DNA of 24,377 bases, taken from NCBI GenBank assembly GCA_964487485.1, contig CAZAQQ010000003.1, positions 1-24,377 on the forward strand, written 5' to 3'. The stretch's first letter is position 1, and every line of letters begins with the position of its first letter. The notes below the pieces were generated by a model. That model was given only the letters and a program-made list of their open reading frames with translations. It was not told the origin of the DNA and searched no databases. Of the stretch, positions 15,968-24,090 are shown piece by piece. The position numbers were made by a program, and so were the translations under genes. Source of the stretch: an uncultured Candidatus Bathyarchaeia archaeon. Its GTDB lineage: Archaea; Thermoproteota; Bathyarchaeia; 40CM-2-53-6; CAZAQQ01.

Positions 15968-16675
15968 TTGCTGAAATTGAATGATGTACATGCCTATTAT
16001 GGCTTGAGCCATGTGCTTCAAGGAATATCCCTAGAGATAGGGGATAAAGAGATTGTAACCCTCCTAGGAAGAAACGGCATGGGAAAGACTACGACATTTA
16101 ACACTATTATGGGCGTTATCCAGCAAACTTCGGGCAACATCACACTTCAAGGTGAAGACATTAGGGGGCTACCTCCACATAAAGTAGCTAGAAAAGGCAT
16201 AGGCTACATACCTCAAGGAAAAATGCCATTTCCAACCCTGACCGTGCTGGAAAACCTATCCTTAGGCACAAGCAGCGTAGCAAAGGCAAGTAAGGAATTC
16301 ATTTCTGAAAAACTGGATGAGGTATATGAACTCTTCCCAATTTTAAAGGAGCGAAGACTGCAAAGGGCAATGACCCTGAGTGGCGGTGAGCAACAAATGC
16401 TAGCGATTGCACGAGCATTGATGGGTGAGCCTAAGCTTCTTCTGTTGGACGAGCCCAGTGAATCGCTGGCGCCCATAGTTGTAAGGCAAATTTTCGATAC
16501 TGTTCGCAAGCTACGCGAGAAGGGCAATACAGTATTCCTAGCCGAGCAAAACGTGAAGGGAGCTCTGGAGATTTCTGACCGTTGCTACGTCTTGGAGAAG
16601 GGAAAAATTGTTTTCGAAGGCAGTTCAAGAGAGGTAGAAAAGAGCGAGATAGCGAAGACAAGCTTAGGTGTCTGA
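15968..16675 (+). CDS. livF: ABC transporter ATP-binding protein (LivF family)
   Basis: Walker A GRNGMGKTT, LSGGEQQMLAIARAL, LLLDEPS, LAEQNV. Confidence 0.95.
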   Translation: MLKLNDVHAYYGLSHVLQGISLEIGDKEIVTLLGRNGMGKTTTFNTIMGVIQQTSGNITLQGEDIRGLPPHKVARKGIGYIPQGKMPFPTLTVLENLSLGTSSVAKASKEFISEKLDEVYELFPILKERRLQRAMTLSGGEQQMLAIARALMGEPKLLLLDEPSESLAPIVVRQIFDTVRKLREKGNTVFLAEQNVKGALEISDRCYVLEKGKIVFEGSSREVEKSEIAKTSLGV

Positions 16676-16746
16676 ACGCTCCACCTATTAGTGCGCAAGG
16701 TCTCAACTTTCGTCATCTACTTCGTTTAAGGCTTTGCAACCGATAG

Positions 16747-17256
16747 TTACAGTTTGGGGAAAAATAAAATAAACCTAAGGGTTCCTTGATAGTCATGTGA
16801 GATTACGACCACGCTGTTCTCTCTTCGCGGTGTAATGAAGAAACCCGCGCAACAAGGAGCGACATTCGACTCCTTCGTTATAGCTGTCTCCTCAGAGAGG
16901 AAACTGGCTCCAAATCTTTCATCATTAATATAGATCTCAATTACACCCTCACGCTCACACGTAAAAACCTCCATCTGGAAAAAGGCAAGCTTCTCTTCGG
17001 GTCTAGGCTCCTCCCAGAGGAAGGTATCTCTCACAGTCATCTTCGGCTTTAAGGTAAAGTTAGCTGAAATATAGTGAGTAGCGTTCACCCAACCAACGAC
17101 AGCTGAACGCTTTGCAGTCCTAAGCCCTAAGTACTCGCCTAGAGGGCTATGGAAGACGAATAATCCAGTTGATGCAACAACGACAACTAGGAAGAGAATT
17201 TTGACCGTAGACACGAGTTTCACCATCTTTGGCCACCTGATAGGAATATGCTCCAT
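16747..17256 (-). CDS. Hypothetical membrane-anchored/secreted protein
   Basis: N-terminal hydrophobic segment (ILFLVVVVASTGLFVF) followed by a beta-rich domain with an APCCAG motif; no family recognised. Confidence 0.6.
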   Translation of the reverse strand: MEHIPIRWPKMVKLVSTVKILFLVVVVASTGLFVFHSPLGEYLGLRTAKRSAVVGWVNATHYISANFTLKPKMTVRDTFLWEEPRPEEKLAFFQMEVFTCEREGVIEIYINDERFGASFLSEETAITKESNVAPCCAGFFITPRRENSVVVISHDYQGTLRFILFFPKL

Positions 17257-17389
17257 CTCGCTTCCGAGTTCATGAAAGCATCATCATCCCTTTCGCTAGT
17301 CGATGCCTTAGCTCTAATATAAAGAAACTTTGGTGAAGAATGGTTTTATAGGTTGAATAAGTTCAGATAGTTAGCTCAGTGGGTTCATT

Positions 17390-17812
17390 ATGTCGCATGT
17401 GTATCAAGTGAAGGCGAAGTGGCTGGAGGATGTGAAGGGAAGACTTGAGGCTGGCAAGAACGCTTTTGATTTTTCCGTTCCACTGGATTTCGGCGGTCCA
17501 GAGGGCTATTTCTCGCCAGAAGAGCTTTTCGCAGCTTCTGTTGTAACCTGTCTATGCACCACATTTTGGAACACACTCAAGAAAATGAGGGTGAAACTCA
17601 TGGAATGTGAAGTTGAGGGCAACACAAGTCTACAGCCAGACCCAGAAGGCTTTCACTTCACAGATGTAGTTGTGAAATTGAAAGCAAAGGTCGAGGATAG
17701 CAAGATGGTTGAACAGGCCAAGAAGGCGTGGGAGAAGGCTGAGAAGAGATGCTTCGTGTCGAGAGCCCTGAAAGGAAACGTAGGTGTCAAGGTGGAAGCT
17801 AGCATATCATGA
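17390..17812 (+). CDS. osmC: OsmC family protein (peroxiredoxin-like)
   Basis: FGGPEGYFSPEELFAASVVTCLCTTF and AEKRCFVSRAL carry the two conserved Cys of the OsmC/Ohr fold. Confidence 0.9.
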   Translation: MSHVYQVKAKWLEDVKGRLEAGKNAFDFSVPLDFGGPEGYFSPEELFAASVVTCLCTTFWNTLKKMRVKLMECEVEGNTSLQPDPEGFHFTDVVVKLKAKVEDSKMVEQAKKAWEKAEKRCFVSRALKGNVGVKVEASIS

Positions 17813-18182
17813 ATAGGCAATGGGCCAACAAAGTTTCGTTCCTTGTGTGAAATAGATATCGCTCAAACGGTGTCTGGATCCGCTTTAGCTTTAGCAGGAC
17901 CTGATGCTCTTGACGAATTTTGGTACGTCCGGGAGCATGTAGACTCGACGCTGTGAAGTGAAAAAATCAAGAATTCTTTCTCGACTTAGCTAACTAGACC
18001 TCAAACTGCTTCAAGCCTGAGCTAGAGTCATTCTCAACGCGGCATACTGACCATGAAGAAGAAATTGTTAAGAGCACAAAACGTTTTCATGTCCAAAAGA
18101 TAATGTTTTTCGGTTTAAATAGGCTAGTCAACACTGTATCATCTCTTGAGAGAAGACCTAACTCGGTGCAGGTGAAGGTAAC

Positions 18183-18974
18183 GTGGACATAGTTAAGGTT
18201 CTGAGTTTAGCCATCGAATCCGCGGCAAAGGCTGGGAGAATAGAGCCCTCGGATGAAGTGAGGGTGGCGGCTTTGAGGTGGGAGATCTATGCGAGCCTAC
18301 AAAACCTACTTGACTCGCTTGCGATGGTGGTGGCTGACCTCGGCTTGAGGAAGCCCAGCTCGTACAGCGAGCTAGGTTCTATTCTATTTGAGCGTGGGGT
18401 ATTGGATGCGGAGGACGTGAAGCTTGTCAAGCAGGCGGTTGCAACTAGGAACGTTATGGCTCATGCCTACCGGGCAGTGGAAGTCGATGAACTCAGAAGT
18501 TTGAAGCAGACCGTTCTGCCGAAGGTGCAGGAGATCGCCCGGAAGCTTGTAGGCTACGTTAAGGACGCTGGGCTTGACCCTGAGGTGGTTTGTCCAAGTG
18601 GCCTAGCTGAGGTTTTTGGAAGAAGTGGGGTTCAACTCGCTTACCTTTTCGGCAGCAGAGCTAGAGACGCCTTTAGGGAGGACAGCGACTACGACTATGC
18701 AATCTTGTTCGGACGGCATGTTGCTGTGGAGGATGAGGTTGAGCTGGTGGTGGAACTAGCTGACGCGCTAGGAGTTTCCGTCGATATGGTTAATGTTGTG
18801 GCGTTGGATCGAGCGGACCTTGAGTTGGCGCATAGGGTCTTGAAAGAGGGTAAGCTTGCTTATTCAAGAGATGAAAGTTTCAGAAGGACTTGGGAAAGGG
18901 ACATATTCCTGCAGGCGTTGGACAGCAGGGATCTCTATGATGTCTACGTGAGCAGAGTGGGAAAGAGAAGTTGA
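18183..18974 (+). CDS. Fused HepT-like (DUF86/HEPN) RNase toxin and MNT nucleotidyltransferase antitoxin
   Basis: R89-N-V-M-A-H94-A-Y96 (RX4HXY) in the N-terminal half; G157-S158-x10-D169-x-D171 (GSX10DXD) in the C-terminal half; one 263-aa ORF; GGTGA site upstream. Confidence 0.88.
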   Translation: MDIVKVLSLAIESAAKAGRIEPSDEVRVAALRWEIYASLQNLLDSLAMVVADLGLRKPSSYSELGSILFERGVLDAEDVKLVKQAVATRNVMAHAYRAVEVDELRSLKQTVLPKVQEIARKLVGYVKDAGLDPEVVCPSGLAEVFGRSGVQLAYLFGSRARDAFREDSDYDYAILFGRHVAVEDEVELVVELADALGVSVDMVNVVALDRADLELAHRVLKEGKLAYSRDESFRRTWERDIFLQALDSRDLYDVYVSRVGKRS

Positions 18975-18995
18975 ACCTTTGGAAACTTTAGAAAT

Positions 18996-19069
18996 GGCTG
19001 AGAAGAGATGTTTCGTTTCGAGGGCCCTTGGGAAACGTAGGCGTTAAGGTAGAAGCCGACATCTTGTGA
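18996..19069 (+). repeat. Decayed second copy of the OsmC 3' end
   Basis: Translates AEKRCFVSRAL, 2-nt deletion, GNVGVKVEADIL-stop, versus AEKRCFVSRALKGNVGVKVEASIS-stop. Confidence 0.9.
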
Positions 19070-19159
19070 AAGTTGGGCATGCAAATAGGGCTTTCACTGA
19101 CGGAAACTAAATGTTGCCTGAATACTGTTTGCTCGCAGCAGCGTAAGTTTCACTGAGGC

Positions 19160-19480
19160 TTGATGTTCTTGACGAAAATCTTGGTTCGCCCAGGAGCATG
19201 TGGATTTGATGCTGTAATAGAAGCAACAAGGTCAAATAATGCTGTGAAGCTTAAAATAGAGTCGAAATGCGAAAACATCAAAGAGCTCGCCAAAGACCTC
19301 CAAGAAGTTTCAATAGAAGATTTCTATGGCAGTGGAAGCATCGCGAAGAATAAGATATACACGGTTGCTACGAACTGTATTCGCCATCCAGCCTGCCCAG
19401 TTCCCTGCGCAATCGCGAAAGCTGTTGAAGCCGAACTAGGTCTAGCATTGAAAAAAAATGTGAGCATCGAATTCCTGTGA
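19160..19480 (+). CDS. Small Cys-rich conserved protein (resembles the DUF6951 family)
   Basis: PGACGF, IESKC, HPACPVPCAIAKAVEAELGLALKKNVSIEF match a conserved family of anaerobes as I recall it; the family name needs an HMM check. The start may be TTG 19169. Confidence 0.75.
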   Translation: MMFLTKILVRPGACGFDAVIEATRSNNAVKLKIESKCENIKELAKDLQEVSIEDFYGSGSIAKNKIYTVATNCIRHPACPVPCAIAKAVEAELGLALKKNVSIEFL

Positions 19481-19768
19481 ACATATCATCAAAAATCCTT
19501 TGACATACTTAGCTAACCTAGATCTTAAGAATATCTGTAAATGGTTGTTACATGGCATATTACTTTGAGCCATATCGAAAGCTAATAACGACAAGAAAAA
19601 AATTAGAAAAAAGGAATAACTAATGGAGAAACTCACTTCCTTAAAATTGGATACAGAAAAGTGAAAGTGGGTGGTGCGAACCCTTGTTTACATTGAAGTA
19701 GTATAAAGAAGAAATAGTATGAAACGTATCGCGCAAAAAAGGAGCGAAATATTGGCTGGGTAGTATAA

Positions 19769-20950
19769 GTGGGAAATATGAGAAAATTTTCGTTCCAATG
19801 GATTGTTTTGGTTACTGGTTTGTTCATAGGGGTCTGCGGAGCTTTTAGTTTTTTTAGAGCCTCACCTATAATTCCGACGTTAATCAATGTTTTTCACTTC
19901 GACATAGTTATTGCAGGTCTTTTGATGGCAATATTTGCCATCGCAGTAGCTACCTTATCCATTCCCATAGGCTTGATGGCAATCAAGTATGATGCTAGAA
20001 AAATCTGTATGATCGCATTATTGCTGATAATGGCCGGGGCAATTGTTGGAGTTCTAGCAACAAACATAGAAAGCTTACTCCTCGGAAGGTTATTAGAAGG
20101 TGCAGGGCTAGCGTTCATCATGACAGCAACACCCGCATTTGTCATGCGATGGTTCCCTCCTGAAAAAGGAGGGACTGTAATGGCTGTTTGGGCTAATTTT
20201 TTCCCCCTAGGCACCATAACCGGACTTAACATATCAGCGATAGTTATGATTGCATATGGATGGAAAGTAGCTTGGTTGACAAGTTTCATCTTTTCACTTA
20301 TCGGCCTCATCTTAATAATCCTCCTAAGAAGAGAGCCTGAACCATTAGCAAAGTTAGCTAGAAATAATGAACGCACTACTTCAACTCGAGAGTTAATAGC
20401 TAACCTTGACCTCTGGCTTATAGCATTAACCTTCCTGTTGGCACAGATTGTAGTTGCCGCCTTCCTAACGCTAGGACCTACATATTTGGTTGAGGCTAGA
20501 AACCTGACAATTGTCTACGCATCGTTTGCAGTCAGCCTATTCATGATTTTCGGCATACTTGGAACAGGTATGGGTGGCATAATATCTGATAGAATCTGGT
20601 CAAGAAAACGTGTTTACATTCCAGCTTTGCTCATATCTTTGATTCTTTATCCGTCCTTGATGTTTTCAACCGGTTTAACCATAACTATCATGATAATTAT
20701 TTGGGGATTTGCATTCAGCTTTGCTCCACCAGCATTATTTGCATGTGCATCCGATATACTTGGGCCGAGAGCAGCTGGTCTAGGGTTAGGCATTATTAAC
20801 TCGGCCATAGGCGCTAGTATGGCTATAGGGCCCTTACTTTTCGTATCACTTTATGAATCAATGGGCTCTTGGGACATCGCACTCCTCTTTTTTCTACCAT
20901 TAAGCATAGCTGCGGTAATAGTCGGATTGCTGCCAAAAAACGTAAAATAA
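19769..20950 (+). CDS. MFS transporter (CynX/NimT-like)
   Basis: About 12 hydrophobic segments; LLLGRLLEGAG, RWFPPEKGGTVMAVW, GGIISDRIWSRK. Confidence 0.9.
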   Translation: MGNMRKFSFQWIVLVTGLFIGVCGAFSFFRASPIIPTLINVFHFDIVIAGLLMAIFAIAVATLSIPIGLMAIKYDARKICMIALLLIMAGAIVGVLATNIESLLLGRLLEGAGLAFIMTATPAFVMRWFPPEKGGTVMAVWANFFPLGTITGLNISAIVMIAYGWKVAWLTSFIFSLIGLILIILLRREPEPLAKLARNNERTTSTRELIANLDLWLIALTFLLAQIVVAAFLTLGPTYLVEARNLTIVYASFAVSLFMIFGILGTGMGGIISDRIWSRKRVYIPALLISLILYPSLMFSTGLTITIMIIIWGFAFSFAPPALFACASDILGPRAAGLGLGIINSAIGASMAIGPLLFVSLYESMGSWDIALLFFLPLSIAAVIVGLLPKNVK

Positions 20951-21277
20951 CATTTAGTTTGCCCATCGCCTGATTTCCCCTTCATGCGCTTGATTTTACT
21001 TATTACTTTGGATTACCTTAGAGGTTTGGGACAAAAGCTAGCGCTTAGTCCTCATTGATAGTGGGTATCTTTGTAATTCAAGCAGATCTTAACCTAACAA
21101 ACGCCTAGGCGGCGGTCATAGGTGTGGTCCTTGCCTAATATGCCGCCAAAAACTGCCTCTTCCTTCTTCTGGCTTTCCATTCAACTCCTAATGAGATAGC
21201 TGATCCTACCTCTTTACGGCATTGGGAGAAAAAATCTTATACGCACAATACGTGTCAAAGAGAAGAAGACAGGTTAG

Positions 21278-22120
21278 GTGATGGTCGACATGGTTAGTTC
21301 AACAAGCTTCGAAAACGCTCTAATGTCATTTGAAATAAGTGGATCTGGAAATAAGTCTCCAATCGTTCTAGTTCCTGGGGGACTTAGCGGCTGGATAAGC
21401 TGGAAGCTCCAAGCAGAAGTACTCTCAAAGAACCACGTGGTAATACGAGTGCAACTGTTGTGCATGGCCGCCGCTGAGAAGAATCAGCTTCCGGGGGAAG
21501 GCTATTCTCTCCGATCAGAGACGAAGGCTCTCAAGAACACGTTAGACAAACTCAACATTAGGAAGGTGAATTTGGTAGGATATGCACACGGGGGAGCAGT
21601 ATCTCTAGATTTCGCTTTGGAATATCCCAACCTGATAAACACCTTGACGCTCATAGGGCCTAGTGCATATTGGGTAGCGCGAGCTTACAGAAAGTTTCAG
21701 GAAGAAGAACAAAGATTAGCTAGGTCTCTGAAGGGATTGCACTACCCTGTTACTGAAGATGACCTCATACGATTTGTGAAGATGAACCATCTTGTCCCTG
21801 AGGGCGTAGACCCGAGGACTGTATCGCGGTGGCCCGCATGGAACTCACTTAAGATTTCTCTCCTAACCCTAAACACAGCTATAGAGCATTCAGATGATTT
21901 AGCTAGGCTGAAGGTGCTCAGCGTTATACCAGTTTTGCTTGTAAAGGGAAGGGATTCGACGGGATTCTATTCTGGGATAGCGGGCTTGCTGTCGAAGAGT
22001 ATAGGGCCAAGTGCAAAGGTTATTACTCTGCCGGGTGGCCATGCCTGCCATATAGAGGCCAAGGATCAATTCATTTCGGCGCTCGAAGAGTTCCTGAGCG
22101 AAGCAAAGGAAGCAAAATAG
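21278..22120 (+). CDS. Alpha/beta-hydrolase fold protein with Ala at the nucleophile position
   Basis: PIVLVPGG, NLVGYAHGGAVSLDFALEYP, PVLLVKGRDS, TLPGGHACHIEAKDQF. Confidence 0.88.
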   Translation: MMVDMVSSTSFENALMSFEISGSGNKSPIVLVPGGLSGWISWKLQAEVLSKNHVVIRVQLLCMAAAEKNQLPGEGYSLRSETKALKNTLDKLNIRKVNLVGYAHGGAVSLDFALEYPNLINTLTLIGPSAYWVARAYRKFQEEEQRLARSLKGLHYPVTEDDLIRFVKMNHLVPEGVDPRTVSRWPAWNSLKISLLTLNTAIEHSDDLARLKVLSVIPVLLVKGRDSTGFYSGIAGLLSKSIGPSAKVITLPGGHACHIEAKDQFISALEEFLSEAKEAK

Positions 22121-22194
22121 CTCATATAAACTCACAGTCATAATGTGACATATTACAAATACCATCCAAGAGTTAAACGGGTAAACGTCATGCG

Positions 22195-23391
22195 GTGAAA
22201 TTTGTGTCCAAGAATGCAACAAATATACATCAAAAACCCGGGATAAGCATATTAGCCGCTTCTTGCATAATTGGTTTTCTGACTTATGCAGGATTCTCCT
22301 TGAGAACTCCGATAATTCCGCTTTACGCAGTTGATGTAGGCGCTTCTATCGTGGAAGTAGGGGTGATCACCTCTTCGTTCATGATTGGCACAACCTCGAT
22401 GTGTGTAGTCTCTGGCTTATTTTCAGACTGGCTGGGGCGTAAGCGGCTACTAATCTGTGGCTCTTTCCTTGGGGCCGCAGCGTCTTTCTTTTTTCTACCA
22501 TCAACTTCCCCCTATATACTTCTGCTAGTTAATCTGCTAGCTGGAATCGGTCATGGCATATATTCGCCAACGATGTTTGCCTTGATTGGAGACATGGCGA
22601 AGGAGGAGCATCTAGCCACAGCATATGGATGGTATACTACAGCTACGAACTCTTGTATGTTTGTAGCTCCAGCGATCGGAGGGTTCATAGCATATTTCAT
22701 GGGGTTCAAAAACTTATTCGCCATATCTGCCATGATAATGAGTTTATCGATTCTCATGGTGATATTAACGATTCCGCAAGTTCAAAGGAAACAGTCTTTT
22801 AACATCCATAGTCAGGGAAAAAACAACCCGATGTCGAGGCGTTTCAATAGGCCGATAATCGCTGCTTGTATCGGAAGCTTCTGCTTCACGTTTGCCTACG
22901 GCGCACCAAATGCGTTTCTACGGATTTATGGCGCGAGCATCGGTCTTACTGTCGAAATAATTGGCTTAATAGTGGCTGCTGCAGGAGGAGCGAGTGCTGT
23001 TTTTCGGATTCCGATGGGGATGCTGATGGATAGGATTAGGAACAGGGTTAGTTTTCTCACGGTGGCTTTAGGGACGTGTACTGTTGCAGTAATACTAGCG
23101 CCCTGGCTAGAAAGCATTTGGCTTCTAATGGCAGTGATGGCCATTCTAGGCGTAGATACGGCCATAGTAACAATAGCTGCCGCCACCATTATCGCTGAGA
23201 CCAGTGGGGATCCAAGTCGGGGTCTCGCGATGGGAGTCTATTGGACATTTTTCTACGGTGGATTTGGCGCAGGTGGAGCCTTCGCTGGCCTGTCTATATC
23301 AACTCTCGGATTCCAAGGGGGGTTCGCCCTCACATCTGGAGTTGCAATTATCGGCATCGTACTGTTGAACCTCTTAGCGAAGATTCGCTGA
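22195..23391 (+). CDS. MFS transporter
   Basis: GLFSDWLGRKRLL motif A, GMLMDRIRNR in the second half, about 12 transmembrane segments. Confidence 0.92.
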   Translation: MKFVSKNATNIHQKPGISILAASCIIGFLTYAGFSLRTPIIPLYAVDVGASIVEVGVITSSFMIGTTSMCVVSGLFSDWLGRKRLLICGSFLGAAASFFFLPSTSPYILLLVNLLAGIGHGIYSPTMFALIGDMAKEEHLATAYGWYTTATNSCMFVAPAIGGFIAYFMGFKNLFAISAMIMSLSILMVILTIPQVQRKQSFNIHSQGKNNPMSRRFNRPIIAACIGSFCFTFAYGAPNAFLRIYGASIGLTVEIIGLIVAAAGGASAVFRIPMGMLMDRIRNRVSFLTVALGTCTVAVILAPWLESIWLLMAVMAILGVDTAIVTIAAATIIAETSGDPSRGLAMGVYWTFFYGGFGAGGAFAGLSISTLGFQGGFALTSGVAIIGIVLLNLLAKIR

Positions 23392-23487
23392 TTCCTATGA
23401 GACCACATCCAGCCTTTAAGAAGAAATAAAATCGGAGTTTTGCGGCGATGCTGCTTCTTTATGTGGTCCCTGTATTCGCATAGCTAT

Positions 23488-23799
23488 TCAGTCAACAACG
23501 ACCTCAAACCACTTTCGATCAATGTTGACGACGAGTTTTATGATCTTCTCTACATTGGCGACTCTTTCCGGCGTCCTCTCGAACGCTTCCCACTTCGCCT
23601 TATTCTCCCATCTGCAACATGCAACGTATTGGGTGGGGATCTTATCAACCGTCCCCATAGGGCTTATGGGGTTAAGGAGCCACATTACTCCCCCTAGACG
23701 TTTAGCTATCACAGCGGCCTCTTTGAAGAGTTCTTCAAACTCCTTCTCCTTACCAGGTAGAATAATCATCCGGCTCATGTAGATTACATGGCTTCTCAA
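23488..23799 (-). CDS. Antibiotic-biosynthesis-monooxygenase-like dimeric alpha+beta barrel protein
   Basis: ILPGKEKEFEELFKE, YVACCRWENKAKWEAF pattern typical of the ABM/Dabb fold; 103 aa. Confidence 0.7.
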   Translation of the reverse strand: MRSHVIYMSRMIILPGKEKEFEELFKEAAVIAKRLGGVMWLLNPISPMGTVDKIPTQYVACCRWENKAKWEAFERTPERVANVEKIIKLVVNIDRKWFEVVVD

Positions 23800-24090
23800 A
23801 TCAACGACGCCCGGCTCTACTTATGTTTGATTCACTTATCCTACTTAAAGTTATTTGAAACGTCCCAAGTCTTGTTACATGCAAGAAAAGAATGAATTGG
23901 AAGAAATGAAAAACTGATTCGAAGAGGAGGTTGAAGAAGGCTCCTAGGAACTTCAGGTAGGTAGCATACACAACTCGAAATAGAACTTCCAGTCCTGCGC
24001 GACAATAGTATTAGAACAGTAACAAAGCTCAGGAAGAACTCGGTAACCAAGTTCCAAAAAAAAGGAGGTTTATGGCTCAATCCTTTATTC

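Larger units (their letters stand above)
17737..19069. mobile_element. Putative integrated islet bounded by a duplicated 3' end of the OsmC gene, carrying a HEPN-MNT fusion
   Basis: 17737-17812 aligns with 18996-19069: identical 15-nt start GGCTGAGAAGAGATG, then synonymous divergence through the stop codon. Confidence 0.5.

Noticed and set aside
21060-21200. Short minus-strand frame MESQKKEEAVFGGILGKDHTYDRRLGVC and an imperfect GGCGG...CCGCC hairpin
   Set aside because: Too short, no recognisable family, no second copy or target-site duplication to support a MITE or gene remnant.
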